Source of the DNA: Candidatus Pacebacteria bacterium CG_4_9_14_0_2_um_filter_40_15
GTDB lineage: Bacteria; Patescibacteriota; Microgenomatia; UBA1400; PJMF01
Assembly (NCBI GenBank): GCA_002788675.1
Contig: PFRS01000008.1
Coordinates: 70,848-134,847 of the forward strand
DNA length: 64,000 nucleotides
Direction: 5' to 3'
The position numbers and the translations under genes are program-made. This document shows positions 1 to 9,486 of this stretch, one piece after another; the stretch's first letter is position 1; each line of letters begins with the position of its first letter. The notes under the pieces were generated by a model. The model made no database searches, had not been told where the DNA came from, and saw only the letters and a program-made list of their open reading frames with translations.

Positions 1-2
1 CT

Positions 3-1139
3 GTTCACTACATTCATCACTACAGCATGCCTCCATACGCATCTGGTGAAGCTGGCCGATTTGGATTCCCAAAGCGTCGTGAAATTGGTCATGGTGCACT
101 CGCCGAGCGAGCGCTCTTGCCAATGATTCCATCACAGGAAGTATTCCCTTATACAATTCATGTGGTTTCAGAAATTATGAGCTCAAATGGTTCAACATCT
201 CAAGCTTCAGTGTGTGGTTCAACCCTCTCACTTATGGCTGCAGGCGTGCCAATTAAGCGCCCAGTTTCTGGTATTGCCATGGGTCTGATGTCTGATGGTG
301 AAAAATACATTGTTCTCTCTGATATTCAAGGTCTTGAAGATCACGTGGGCGACATGGACTTTAAAGTTGCTGGTACTACCGAAGGTATTACGGCAATTCA
401 GATGGATATTAAGCTTAAAGGTATTCCTCATGAAGTCTTAGAGCGAGCACTCGAGCAAGCTCGAACTGGTCGTCTCCACATTATGGAGCAAATGCTTAAA
501 GCTCTCCCTGAAAAGAGAACTGAACTTAGTGCCTATGCACCAAAAGTGAAGCAGATTACCATTCCAGCCAACCGTATTGGTGAACTGATTGGACCAGGTG
601 GAAAAGTTATTAAAGGAATTATTGAACGCACTGGCGCTGACATTAATGTCGAAGAAGACAGTGAAAACGAAGTTGGGTTGGTTAACATTTCATCTTCAGA
701 TCAAGCTCAAATCGATGCTGCGTACAACACCATCACAAACATGATGCGCGTTATCGAAGTTGGCGAAGAGTTTGATGGCACCGTTACTCGAGTTGAAAGC
801 TACGGAGCATTTGTTGAGTATCTTCCAGGTCGCGAAGGTCTAGTACACGTGAGTGCTATGAGCACAGAGTATGTACAAGATGCTGCCGAAATGGTTAAAA
901 TAGGAGACGCTGCACACGTGCGCATTTCTGAAATTAAAGATGACGGTAAGATTGGCCTAAGCATGCTCACTGCCGAGCAGGAAGCTGAAGTGAAAGCTAA
1001 AAAAGCTGAACGAGGTGACCGAGGTGGAGATCGTGGAGGCAGCCGAGGTGGCAGTCGCTTTGGAGGAGGAGACCGTGGAGGTCGCCGCTTCGGAGGAAGA
1101 GACAGCCGCGGAGGTGACAGACGTCCTTCTAGAGACTAA
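3..1139 (+). CDS. pnp: Polyribonucleotide nucleotidyltransferase (PNPase), 5'-truncated by the window
   Basis: RREIGHGALAERAL, SNGSTSQASVC, GDMDFKVAGT, KH (IGPGGKVIK) and S1 domains; frame is open from the window start; RGG-rich C-terminal tail. Confidence 0.97.
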   Translation, partial: VHYIHHYSMPPYASGEAGRFGFPKRREIGHGALAERALLPMIPSQEVFPYTIHVVSEIMSSNGSTSQASVCGSTLSLMAAGVPIKRPVSGIAMGLMSDGEKYIVLSDIQGLEDHVGDMDFKVAGTTEGITAIQMDIKLKGIPHEVLERALEQARTGRLHIMEQMLKALPEKRTELSAYAPKVKQITIPANRIGELIGPGGKVIKGIIERTGADINVEEDSENEVGLVNISSSDQAQIDAAYNTITNMMRVIEVGEEFDGTVTRVESYGAFVEYLPGREGLVHVSAMSTEYVQDAAEMVKIGDAAHVRISEIKDDGKIGLSMLTAEQEAEVKAKKAERGDRGGDRGGSRGGSRFGGGDRGGRRFGGRDSRGGDRRPSRD

Positions 1140-1168
1140 GTCTATCGATCGTTCTTAATTGAAAGTAG

Positions 1169-1198
1169 AAGCGCCAGGCAAATTGCCTGGCGCTTTTT
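1169..1198 (+). terminator. Rho-independent terminator after pnp
   Basis: AAGCGCCAGGCA-AAT-TGCCTGGCGCTT stem followed by a T-run. Confidence 0.85.
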
Positions 1199-1243
1199 GT
1201 TATACGTAGTTTAATAATAAGCACTATATCTACAAATTTAATA

Positions 1244-1789
1244 TTAGAGATTATCAGCAAGTACCTTACTTTGAAAGAGACTAAAAAGAGTAGCAAACCA
1301 TAGAATGACGATATGTAAAAAATAACAAACCAGAGCTAGTGCCCAAAAGAAAATAAGAATACCCACCAATTTAGTTGTTCCAGTATTGAGTATAGTGATC
1401 TGGGATATAATCATGAGAATCGTTAAAATACTACTTATAATTAGTATTTTTTTCTTGTTAGAAAAAGAAAGACGGTCGGAATACTGTTTTTTAGTTAAGA
1501 ATTGAAATACTACCGCAATGGATGAAAAAAAGAATGACATTTTTGAAAACAGCATAAGAATATCGCTTTCAGTTAAGGATATATCTTCAATTTGAGAAAA
1601 TAGTGGGTGCAAAGTAAGTATGTTTTCTCCACCTTGAAGTAATGAGAATACTGGAATGACACAGAAAACAAATGATATCAACACGAAAGCTGAAAGTGGA
1701 ATATAAGCAAGGTAAAGAATTGTGTAGTGCAGTATTTGAAAAATGATAGTGACTATGATTTTGTCAGTTGTTGTAATTTTTTTTTGCAT
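1244..1789 (-). CDS. Hypothetical multi-pass membrane protein
   Basis: 181-aa ORF with about 4 hydrophobic segments, co-oriented downstream of the ABC-2 permease. Confidence 0.6.
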   Translation of the reverse strand: MQKKITTTDKIIVTIIFQILHYTILYLAYIPLSAFVLISFVFCVIPVFSLLQGGENILTLHPLFSQIEDISLTESDILMLFSKMSFFFSSIAVVFQFLTKKQYSDRLSFSNKKKILIISSILTILMIISQITILNTGTTKLVGILIFFWALALVCYFLHIVILWFATLFSLFQSKVLADNL

Positions 1790-1803
1790 CTACAGTGCTT
1801 ACA

Positions 1804-2598
1804 TTAATTAAACCGCCCCAACCCTAGCTTCGTACTATACGCAAAACTCCTCATAAAGAACCAAAAAGCAAATCCTAAGAAGACAATGTTAAGTCCAAAA
1901 CTTATGGCCAAATAGTCAGGACGGACCATGCCTCCCTGAATTAACGTTCTCATGGATTCAAAAATATAGGTAGTTGGAATAATTCTACTAATTGGTTGAA
2001 TAACTGCAGGAAGCTGTGAGAGTGGAAAGTAAATTGCACTAAAAGGCAATAAAATTCCAGGAAGAGTCCAGATAACGGTTTGAGCTTTTGGTCCGTAGCG
2101 CAGAACAATACCTGCTGAGATAAATCCAAGCCACCAACCAGTCATGGTAGTACTTAGGAAAAAGACAGGAATCCACCAGCCCAGTTGAAACACATTTACG
2201 GTATAAAGGAAGAAAACAGCAGGCACGAGTAACAGCAAGGTAATTGATGTTTTAATGACAGAAAGCAGAAGCACCGAAGTTACCCATTCATCAACTCGTA
2301 GTGGAGTAGAGAATAAATTAATCAGGTTATTGTTCCAAATTTCATCCATGAGATTACGGGATACTTCAGCCTGAGAACGCCAAATCACATTCCAGAAAAT
2401 AAGTCCCATCAGTATGGAAACAATCAAGATGCGTGCTTCGTCAGCATTTTGACCAGCACTACTCAGCCACTGTCCAGTTACTCCCCACAAGAGAGTGTCG
2501 ATCAGAGGCCAATAGATCATGTCGGAGAGCAAGTCAAAATCCCGTTTGAGCGGATACAAATGGCGGAGACAGAGGGCTTTTATTCTATGAAGTTTCAT
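1804..2598 (-). CDS. ABC-2 type transporter permease
   Basis: 6 TM segments, FSAIYFPLSQLP and PTTYIFESMR motifs; overlaps the ATPase gene by 4 nt. Confidence 0.9.
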   Translation of the reverse strand: MKLHRIKALCLRHLYPLKRDFDLLSDMIYWPLIDTLLWGVTGQWLSSAGQNADEARILIVSILMGLIFWNVIWRSQAEVSRNLMDEIWNNNLINLFSTPLRVDEWVTSVLLLSVIKTSITLLLLVPAVFFLYTVNVFQLGWWIPVFFLSTTMTGWWLGFISAGIVLRYGPKAQTVIWTLPGILLPFSAIYFPLSQLPAVIQPISRIIPTTYIFESMRTLIQGGMVRPDYLAISFGLNIVFLGFAFWFFMRSFAYSTKLGLGRFN

Positions 2599-3536
2599 GA
2601 TGTTGGAGTACTTACACTTAAGAAATAATCTTCGAGGGTTGGTGTATCTATAGCAATTTGTGAGTAGGTAATGCCTTCACTGGCAAGCAAAATAAGAAAG
2701 GTGGCAATTTGTTGCTCATCGATTGTGATACGTGCATCTCTTTTTGAAATTTCCACTTCCAAACTTTGTTCTTTGCAGAAGCGAGTAACTCGTTTTAATC
2801 CATCTTCAATGCGAAGCGTCATGTGTGCGGTGTTAAGAGATTGAGCCAATTTTTCTGGAGTATCGTTAGCAATAATTTTCCCTTCCTTTAAAAACAATAC
2901 CCGTTCACAGAGATCTGCAACTTCATCCATATTATGCGAGGTATACAGCACACTGGTGTTGTACTCGGCTTGTTGTTCTTTTACAAAAGCTCGTACCTGA
3001 TGGGCAATGTCAGGATCGAGCGAAGCAGTAGGCTCGTCGAGCAGCACAACTTTCGGATGCGGAATAAACGCCTTAGCCAACATAATTCGAGTAATTTGTC
3101 CGGCAGAGAGATTATTCATGGTTTTGTCACGTTGATTCCAAACGCCAAAAAACGTTAGAAATTTTTTAGCACGTGACTGAAATGTTTTTTCAGAAACACC
3201 ATACAAAAAAGCATAGATACGCAGATTTTCCATGACAGTTAATCTCCACGGCATTTTAATGTAGGTACTCGCAAACGTAACTTGATTTAAAACTTCTGAT
3301 CTATTCTCATTAAATTCTTTGCCAAAATAACTTATTTTCCCAGATGTTGCAGAAAGGTTTCCGAGTAGCATGGAGATGGTAGTAGATTTTCCAGCACCGT
3401 TTGGACCGAGTAACCCAATGATCTGCCCTTCGTCAATTGAAAACGAAATGTTATCTACCGCAGTGAAAGGCTTTTTACCTTTTTTTTCAGCTGGATAGAT
3501 TTTGGTGAGACCAGTTACTTCAAGAATTTTATTCAT
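2595..3536 (-). CDS. ABC transporter ATP-binding protein (ABC-2/DrrA-like)
   Basis: Walker A GPNGAGKS, signature LSAGQ, Walker B VLLDEPT, H-loop TSH, C-terminal TLEDYF. Confidence 0.95.
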   Translation of the reverse strand: MNKILEVTGLTKIYPAEKKGKKPFTAVDNISFSIDEGQIIGLLGPNGAGKSTTISMLLGNLSATSGKISYFGKEFNENRSEVLNQVTFASTYIKMPWRLTVMENLRIYAFLYGVSEKTFQSRAKKFLTFFGVWNQRDKTMNNLSAGQITRIMLAKAFIPHPKVVLLDEPTASLDPDIAHQVRAFVKEQQAEYNTSVLYTSHNMDEVADLCERVLFLKEGKIIANDTPEKLAQSLNTAHMTLRIEDGLKRVTRFCKEQSLEVEISKRDARITIDEQQIATFLILLASEGITYSQIAIDTPTLEDYFLSVSTPTS

Positions 3537-3660
3537 GCCAAGACAAATATGATATCACATCTGAATTATCAAAAATAGTTGGACGATTCTAGAAAAGATA
3601 TACTGCCGAAAATGTTTTTTATTTGCTATCATGTGATTAGTATTTTCTAATAGAAAAATT

Positions 3661-5178
3661 ATGACAGAAGTTCCAACTCAGGAAAGAGGTATGATTGAAA
3701 AAACAGCAAAGAAAAGGTTTTCTTTGGCTGAGTTACAAAAAAAATGGCAATCTCTGTTCCATGGGGATGAAGATACAGATACAGATAAAGATAAAGAACC
3801 AAGTGATCCTTTTTTTGTTGATGATCTAACAGATATAGCAAATAGTTTAGAAATATCTACAAAATATCCAGGTGATGATTACGAAAAGAGAGATTTTACG
3901 AGGCTAGGATCAGAGTTATTACAAGGTAATAGACTCCTTTCTGTCTCCCAAAATCATACTCTTGATGCTTCTCCACTGTTAGTAGTTGCAAAGGATTCAT
4001 CGGGTGATAGCAGTGGTAAGAGAGCTATTAAAAGTGAGTCAGACCTTGCAGCTTTGTTTGAAACAGGCAGAGATCTAAGCGTACCATGCTATTTTGATCT
4101 TGAATCAAAAAAATTAGTTGTTTTTTTGGGTGATGTGTATGGACACGTGCATCATGGTGTTGAAGCTAATACTCATAGAGATACATACAAGGCAGTAATT
4201 TTAAGTAGGGCACTTGCTATTGCTTCATACGATTCACCAGAAACTGATCCCGAAAGTGAATCTGATGATGATTTGGAACACCAAAAAAAACTAAAAGCTG
4301 TGATCAAAAATCCAAGTGAATTTAAAGATGGAACGGTTCTGTCATGTAATATTTTTGAGAGTAATGGTAGGCGCGTCATTGATTTGTCTAGTAAGAGAGT
4401 TACTCCTGAGTTAATACAGATTCTTAAGAATCTTAATATTCTTCTTTTGGATGAGTATATTGATTTAATGAGTTCTGAAAATGGTGGGTTGCGTACTGCA
4501 ATTGAAGAAATATTAGGAGAAAAACTAACGAATGATTCCTTTATTCGTCGAGTACTTGCAGATTTCAACTATGCCAACCAAGCAGCATATTGGGCTGAAG
4601 ATCAAGGTGGTATCATTTTTTCACCAGGACTTTTTATAGGAACTTGTCCTGAGGAAGATTTAGGAGGTTGGGAACCGTTTAGAACGAGATCATTTAGAGA
4701 GATGAACAGTGATTCTTATGATATGTATGCTGACTTACTCTTAGCAGGACAATCTGTTCCCATATCAATGGTTGTATACAAGAACAGACAAAATGGCAAA
4801 TGTGCGTTTGTTGTCAGTGAAAGTCATCCAGATGCAGCACGTTATTTTTCTAGTGTAGCTAAGCCTGGGAGAATGGGTTTTAGTCACAGATATGCTGTGG
4901 CAGATTTAACAGGTGAAATTGCAATTGATATGGAAGGTTTGAGAGCACACGTCATGAATCTTGAGGACGATGAGATTAATCCAGAAACATTCCCTTTAAA
5001 AATTACAGTTACTGGGATAAATCGTGCTCCTCTAGAAGAAGATTTAATTTCAAAAGAGCATCTCTTCCCTACTAAGCCAAAACGAAAGGATTGGCCAGAA
5101 CACTTGGGAGATGAAAAGGATTTGACTGCTGGACATGTGAAGATGCAGGTGTCGCCAGATATCTTTATTGACTCTTAA
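3661..5178 (+). CDS. Hypothetical protein (505 aa, acidic)
   Basis: Long uninterrupted ORF; no motif recognised. Confidence 0.7.
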   Translation: MTEVPTQERGMIEKTAKKRFSLAELQKKWQSLFHGDEDTDTDKDKEPSDPFFVDDLTDIANSLEISTKYPGDDYEKRDFTRLGSELLQGNRLLSVSQNHTLDASPLLVVAKDSSGDSSGKRAIKSESDLAALFETGRDLSVPCYFDLESKKLVVFLGDVYGHVHHGVEANTHRDTYKAVILSRALAIASYDSPETDPESESDDDLEHQKKLKAVIKNPSEFKDGTVLSCNIFESNGRRVIDLSSKRVTPELIQILKNLNILLLDEYIDLMSSENGGLRTAIEEILGEKLTNDSFIRRVLADFNYANQAAYWAEDQGGIIFSPGLFIGTCPEEDLGGWEPFRTRSFREMNSDSYDMYADLLLAGQSVPISMVVYKNRQNGKCAFVVSESHPDAARYFSSVAKPGRMGFSHRYAVADLTGEIAIDMEGLRAHVMNLEDDEINPETFPLKITVTGINRAPLEEDLISKEHLFPTKPKRKDWPEHLGDEKDLTAGHVKMQVSPDIFIDS

Positions 5179-5240
5179 TGCATACATTTTATACCAAAGC
5201 TTAAATAGAGTTTATTGTCAAAATCAAGTATACTTACTCT

Positions 5241-6113
5241 ATGACTATCGACGCATTACGAACAGCCGAGGGTATGATTACGCTTCTTGAGCTCGACAGA
5301 GTACCCGTGTTGGCCGATGCATTAGAGCTGAGAATGTCGGTTCCAGAGCAAGCGCAAATTTTAGACGAACTTACTGGAGCTATGGTTTCATCATTTTCAC
5401 CTCATGTGGCAGGAGTGGTGTTTTCACCAGAACATACGTTTAATCATATTTCACAGTTAGCTGATCAAGCTACTCCTGTGTTGAGTTTAGAGAAAAAAAC
5501 AGCAGCAGTAGACCCACTTATTCCTCCAATATTTGTAGATAACTGGGGAGTTGAAAGTGTTTCAAACAATTATGGAGTTGCCAAGTTAGAGTTGTACTAT
5601 AATCCTGCCGAAGAGCAAGCTGCTCTAAAAAAACAGATTGTGGCTGAAATTCATGACTACTGTAAATACGAAGGTATTCACTTTATTTTAGAGTTACTGG
5701 TGTATCATCGTGCCAATGAAAAACCGTCACCACAGGGCTTGCTTGATACGCAACTGACTGCGGTTCAGGAATTCAGAGACAGTTGCGATGTATTGGCGCT
5801 TGAATACCTAGGAGACAGTTTAGCTGCAGTTACGATTACAGCCGAGTTAGATATCCCTTGGATTCTTACCGGCAGAGATCAAGATTATGAGCAAACGAAA
5901 CTAGATTTGCGAGCTGCTCTAGAAGGTGGCGCCCAAGGGTTTTTACTTGGTGATATTTTTTGGCCACATATTGATCATGCCCAACATGATAGTGGTGAAG
6001 TTTCCGTCTCCATGTTAGTTGCAGAAATTCAAAAACAGGGCAGAGACCACGTGATTGAACTCAGTCGTATTACAAAAGAATTTGCTTCGGCAAATGGAGA
6101 ACAAACTACGTAG
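5241..6113 (+). CDS. Tagatose-1,6-bisphosphate aldolase (LacD)-like class I aldolase fold protein, degenerate active site
   Basis: AKLELYYNP, CKYEGIHFILELLVY, PWIL and GAQGFLLG align with LacD-type motifs; the expected VLKxE reads VLALE. Confidence 0.75.
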   Translation: MTIDALRTAEGMITLLELDRVPVLADALELRMSVPEQAQILDELTGAMVSSFSPHVAGVVFSPEHTFNHISQLADQATPVLSLEKKTAAVDPLIPPIFVDNWGVESVSNNYGVAKLELYYNPAEEQAALKKQIVAEIHDYCKYEGIHFILELLVYHRANEKPSPQGLLDTQLTAVQEFRDSCDVLALEYLGDSLAAVTITAELDIPWILTGRDQDYEQTKLDLRAALEGGAQGFLLGDIFWPHIDHAQHDSGEVSVSMLVAEIQKQGRDHVIELSRITKEFASANGEQTT

Positions 6114-6126
6114 AAGAAAGGATCCT

Positions 6127-6429
6127 ATGAGCGGACTTATCCAAAAAATGACGTATTTATTAGTTTCACTGATTGAGCTTATGCTCTCACTTCGCTTTGT
6201 GGCGAGACTATTTGGGGCAAGTTCCCAGGCTCCTTTTATTGCTTGGCTCTATGAGAACACCGCTCCTTTGTTAGCTCCATTCTTGTATGTGTTTCCTTCT
6301 CCAAGTGTTAAGGGACGATTTGTACTCGAATTTTCAACATTGTTCGCAATTTTTGTGTACTCATTTGGTGCCTATCTCATTCTTGAAGTTATGAGCATGC
6401 TGGGAAGTTTTGAAAATAAGAAAAAATAA
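6127..6429 (+). CDS. YggT family membrane protein
   Basis: LSLRFV..LFGA....FIAWLYENTAPLLAPF...FP pattern; ATG at 6127 preferred to avoid overlap. Confidence 0.8.
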   Translation: MSGLIQKMTYLLVSLIELMLSLRFVARLFGASSQAPFIAWLYENTAPLLAPFLYVFPSPSVKGRFVLEFSTLFAIFVYSFGAYLILEVMSMLGSFENKKK

Positions 6430-6432
6430 ATT

Positions 6433-6912
6433 ATGAAAATAACTGTTACTAAAGTTTTACCGATTGCCATCAGCTTAATAGTTGCATCAATACAGCGTGC
6501 GGCCTTAGTACTTGTTGTGGCAGTGTTCGGTGTAGCATTTTTACTCGCTGCCATGCAAATTTTACCCGAAAGCTCAATACAGCCTGTTGCCTTTGCAATT
6601 GGAAGTATAGTTTTACTTGCTTATTGGATGGCTAAAGTAATTGATGCTTCACTTCAAGCTAAAGGAAGTTATATGGAACTTTCAACGTCACAACTTTCTG
6701 GAGCAACTACTGGATTTAGCAGTAATAGTTTTACCGTTCCCATTAAAAAAATTGCCACTATATATATACATCAGGATTTTGTTGATAAGTTATTTGGCGT
6801 ATCTGCTATAGTGTTTACACAGATGAACTCAACAGTGAGTGTGTATGGTTTTGATCACGTCGATGCACAAGAGTTTGTTAAAAAGTTTGCCGATCTACAA
6901 AGTAAAAAATAA
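6433..6912 (+). CDS. Membrane protein with a probable bacterial PH (bPH_2-like) domain
   Basis: Two TM helices followed by [25 protein letters not shown]. Confidence 0.6.
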   Translation: MKITVTKVLPIAISLIVASIQRAALVLVVAVFGVAFLLAAMQILPESSIQPVAFAIGSIVLLAYWMAKVIDASLQAKGSYMELSTSQLSGATTGFSSNSFTVPIKKIATIYIHQDFVDKLFGVSAIVFTQMNSTVSVYGFDHVDAQEFVKKFADLQSKK

Positions 6913-6926
6913 TACGAAGGACATAT

Positions 6927-7526
6927 ATGTTTACCCTCCCAAAACTTCCGTACGAATTTGCAGCCCTCGAGCCACACATCGACGCTAAAACAATGGAAAT
7001 TCATTATGGAAAGCACCATCAAGGTTATACCGATAAGTTAAACGCAGCAATTGAAGGTTCAGCATTGGCGGATCAAACAATTGAAGAGATTCTTGCTCAT
7101 GTTTCAGAAGAATCAACAGCAGTGCGTAATAATGGTGGAGGTTTTTATAACCACAGTCTATTCTGGTCCATTCTTAGCCCAAAGTCGGGTGTACCAACTG
7201 GAGCACTTGCTTCTGCAATAGATGATTCATTTGGCTCATTTGAAGAGTTTAAAACTCAATTCAGCAATGCTGCTGCCACACAATTTGGTTCTGGCTGGGC
7301 ATGGTTAGTTGTTCAAGATGGAAAGTTATCAGTAGGTTCAACACCTAACCAGGATAATCCTCTTATGGACACTACTGGTCTTGATGGTACGCCAATTCTT
7401 GGTTTAGATGTATGGGAACATGCCTATTATCTTAACTACCAAAATCGCCGACCAGACTATATCGCTGCATTCTGGAATGTTGTAAACTGGGATGAGGTCG
7501 CTCGTCGATTTGAAGCTGCCAAGTAG
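6927..7526 (+). CDS. sodA: Superoxide dismutase, Mn/Fe family (Mn-type signature)
   Basis: [44 protein letters not shown]. Confidence 0.95.
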   Translation: MFTLPKLPYEFAALEPHIDAKTMEIHYGKHHQGYTDKLNAAIEGSALADQTIEEILAHVSEESTAVRNNGGGFYNHSLFWSILSPKSGVPTGALASAIDDSFGSFEEFKTQFSNAAATQFGSGWAWLVVQDGKLSVGSTPNQDNPLMDTTGLDGTPILGLDVWEHAYYLNYQNRRPDYIAAFWNVVNWDEVARRFEAAK

Positions 7527-7592
7527 TTCTACTCAGGTATATCACTAAAATTATTTTGCCCGTAAGGGCCGCAACTTGCTTAGGAAGGTCTA

Positions 7593-8177
7593 ATGTTACA
7601 GGTTATTCTTGATGTTGAAACCAAGAAAACATTTGATGAAGTCGGTGGTTTTTTTCCAGAAAAACTCGGCATCTCATTTGTTGGGGTATGTGTTCGTGAA
7701 GGTTTCACAGGAAAAGGTGAGATGCAAAGTTATTTTGAAAAAGATCTCCCAAATTTATTTCCCTTGCTTGAAAAAGCTGATGTCGTAATTGGATTCAATA
7801 TTGATAACTTTGACATGCCAACGTTTACCAATTACTACAATGCCGATATCAGTAAAATTCCAACACTCGATGTTATGAATCGCATTAAAGATAGTGTTGG
7901 TCATCGTATTGGTCTGGATGCAGTTGCTCAGGAAACACTGGGAATTGGTAAAACTGGTGATGGTCTGGATGCTATTAAGTACTTCAATAATAAGGAGTGG
8001 GAAAAGCTGGAAAAGTACTGTCTGCAAGATGTCGCAGTAACGCGAGACGTCTATGATTATGGTTTGCAAAAAGGCCATGTAAAGTTTAAAAATAAATGGA
8101 ATCGTCTTATCGAAGCGCAGGTTGATTTTAGTTTTACGCCTCAAAAAGATGCTGGGGTGCAGATGAGTCTTTTATAA
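7593..8177 (+). CDS. RNase H-like (DEDD/YprB-type) 3'-5' exonuclease domain protein
   Basis: LDVET, GFNIDNFD, LDVM and YCLQDV acidic motifs. Confidence 0.8.
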   Translation: MLQVILDVETKKTFDEVGGFFPEKLGISFVGVCVREGFTGKGEMQSYFEKDLPNLFPLLEKADVVIGFNIDNFDMPTFTNYYNADISKIPTLDVMNRIKDSVGHRIGLDAVAQETLGIGKTGDGLDAIKYFNNKEWEKLEKYCLQDVAVTRDVYDYGLQKGHVKFKNKWNRLIEAQVDFSFTPQKDAGVQMSLL

Positions 8178-8322
8178 CACATGTATGTTTTGACCCGGTT
8201 GAGGCATGTAGTGATATATTAAAGAATTTGGTTTCAACCTACACAAAATTACGCGTGCTGTGAGCTTATTTTATGTAACAAATGTAATTTTGTAGTGTCA
8301 AAACATACATGTGTTATAAAAG
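8169..8322. repeat. 154-bp element bounded by perfect 26-bp inverted repeats
   Basis: CTTTTATAACACATGTATGTTTTGAC (8169-8194) is the exact reverse complement of GTCAAAACATACATGTGTTATAAAAG (8297-8322). Confidence 0.9.
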
Positions 8323-8348
8323 TGGGTAATGTTAGAATAAACAGAACT

Positions 8349-8888
8349 ATGACACTAAACACTTCAACTCCCAAACTTTGTTATACCGCAGGCGGCATGC
8401 TCATCCACGAAGGCAAAGTCTTGCTAGTTAAACACAAAAAGCTCGGCATTTGGCTCAATCCAGGTGGTCACATCGAAGAAGATGAGCTTCCACATCAGGC
8501 CGCAGAACGTGAATTTTGGGAAGAGACTGGCGTAAAAGTTTGCGCGATAGATCCGTACAATGATTCATTGGTGGGAAAAGGTACTGATTCTGAGTTTTTT
8601 CCAAATCCCATTTCAACCAATGTGCACTGGGTGAACCGTGAGAGTTATGATTTGCGTATGCAGGCAGAAGACTCCTTGAAACGTGTTCCAACAAAAAAAT
8701 GGAAAAGAGGTTGTGAGCAACATGTAGGTTTCTTCTATTTACTCGCATCAGTTGGTAGCGTTGAGTTCACACAAAATGTTGAAGAAACAGATGGTATAGC
8801 TTGGTTTTCTAACGAAGAAATTTCAACACTAGAGACTACAGAAGATATTCGCACAGAAATTTTGCGTGGGTTTGCCTTAAAAAAATAG
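8349..8888 (+). CDS. NUDIX hydrolase
   Basis: Nudix box PGGHIEEDELPHQAAEREFWEETG; ATG at 8349 after TGtTAGAAT. Confidence 0.9.
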   Translation: MTLNTSTPKLCYTAGGMLIHEGKVLLVKHKKLGIWLNPGGHIEEDELPHQAAEREFWEETGVKVCAIDPYNDSLVGKGTDSEFFPNPISTNVHWVNRESYDLRMQAEDSLKRVPTKKWKRGCEQHVGFFYLLASVGSVEFTQNVEETDGIAWFSNEEISTLETTEDIRTEILRGFALKK

Positions 8889-8999
8889 TACTCACTTTGC
8901 TACAAAATTACTTTGATTCTTTCAGGTTTCTCTCAGTATTTTTTAATACACTACTTCCTGTTATAAGAGCATATACTATGAATAAAGAAAGTAAGTCAT

Positions 9000-9464
9000 A
9001 TGAAAGACGCAGAAGAATCAAAAGGTAAAAAGTTGGACGCAGTTTCAGATTCGCAGATTACTCCACATTCCCCAAAAAAGAAAAAAACCGAAAAACGGAT
9101 GGTACTGAAAGTTGCTTTAGGTGTATTGGCAGTTATTGTGGCACTTAGTGCATTTCAATATTTCAGTTATCAAGCTCAGGCTGCAAAACGTCGTGAAGCT
9201 CAAATTAAGCAAGAAGAAATTCTGGTGTCTCACTGGACCGAGCAAGGTCTAAGCGACGAAGAAATTCAAACAAAACTAACAGAAACCCGCCGAGAAAGTT
9301 TTAATCCTGATGATGCTCCGTTGATGTTCCAAATTCTTCGTACCGTGCGCCATGCAACCGGCACTGGTCCAGGTACAGGTGGTGGCCCTGGTTCTGGAAT
9401 GGGTGATGGTCTTACCGGTGGTACTCCTGGAACAGGTATGGGTGGAGGGCAACAAGCTCGCTAA
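9000..9464 (+). CDS. Single-TM hypothetical protein with Gly-rich C-terminus
   Basis: One TM helix and a GTGPGTGGGPG tail; first gene of the MacAB-like operon. Confidence 0.7.
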   Translation: MKDAEESKGKKLDAVSDSQITPHSPKKKKTEKRMVLKVALGVLAVIVALSAFQYFSYQAQAAKRREAQIKQEEILVSHWTEQGLSDEEIQTKLTETRRESFNPDDAPLMFQILRTVRHATGTGPGTGGGPGSGMGDGLTGGTPGTGMGGGQQAR

Positions 9465-9486
9465 TCTGAAAATTTAGAAAGAACGT

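Noticed and set aside
1006-1139. Tandem-like repeats at the end of pnp
   Set aside because: Low-complexity RGG/DRGG coding tail, common on PNPase and other RNA-binding proteins
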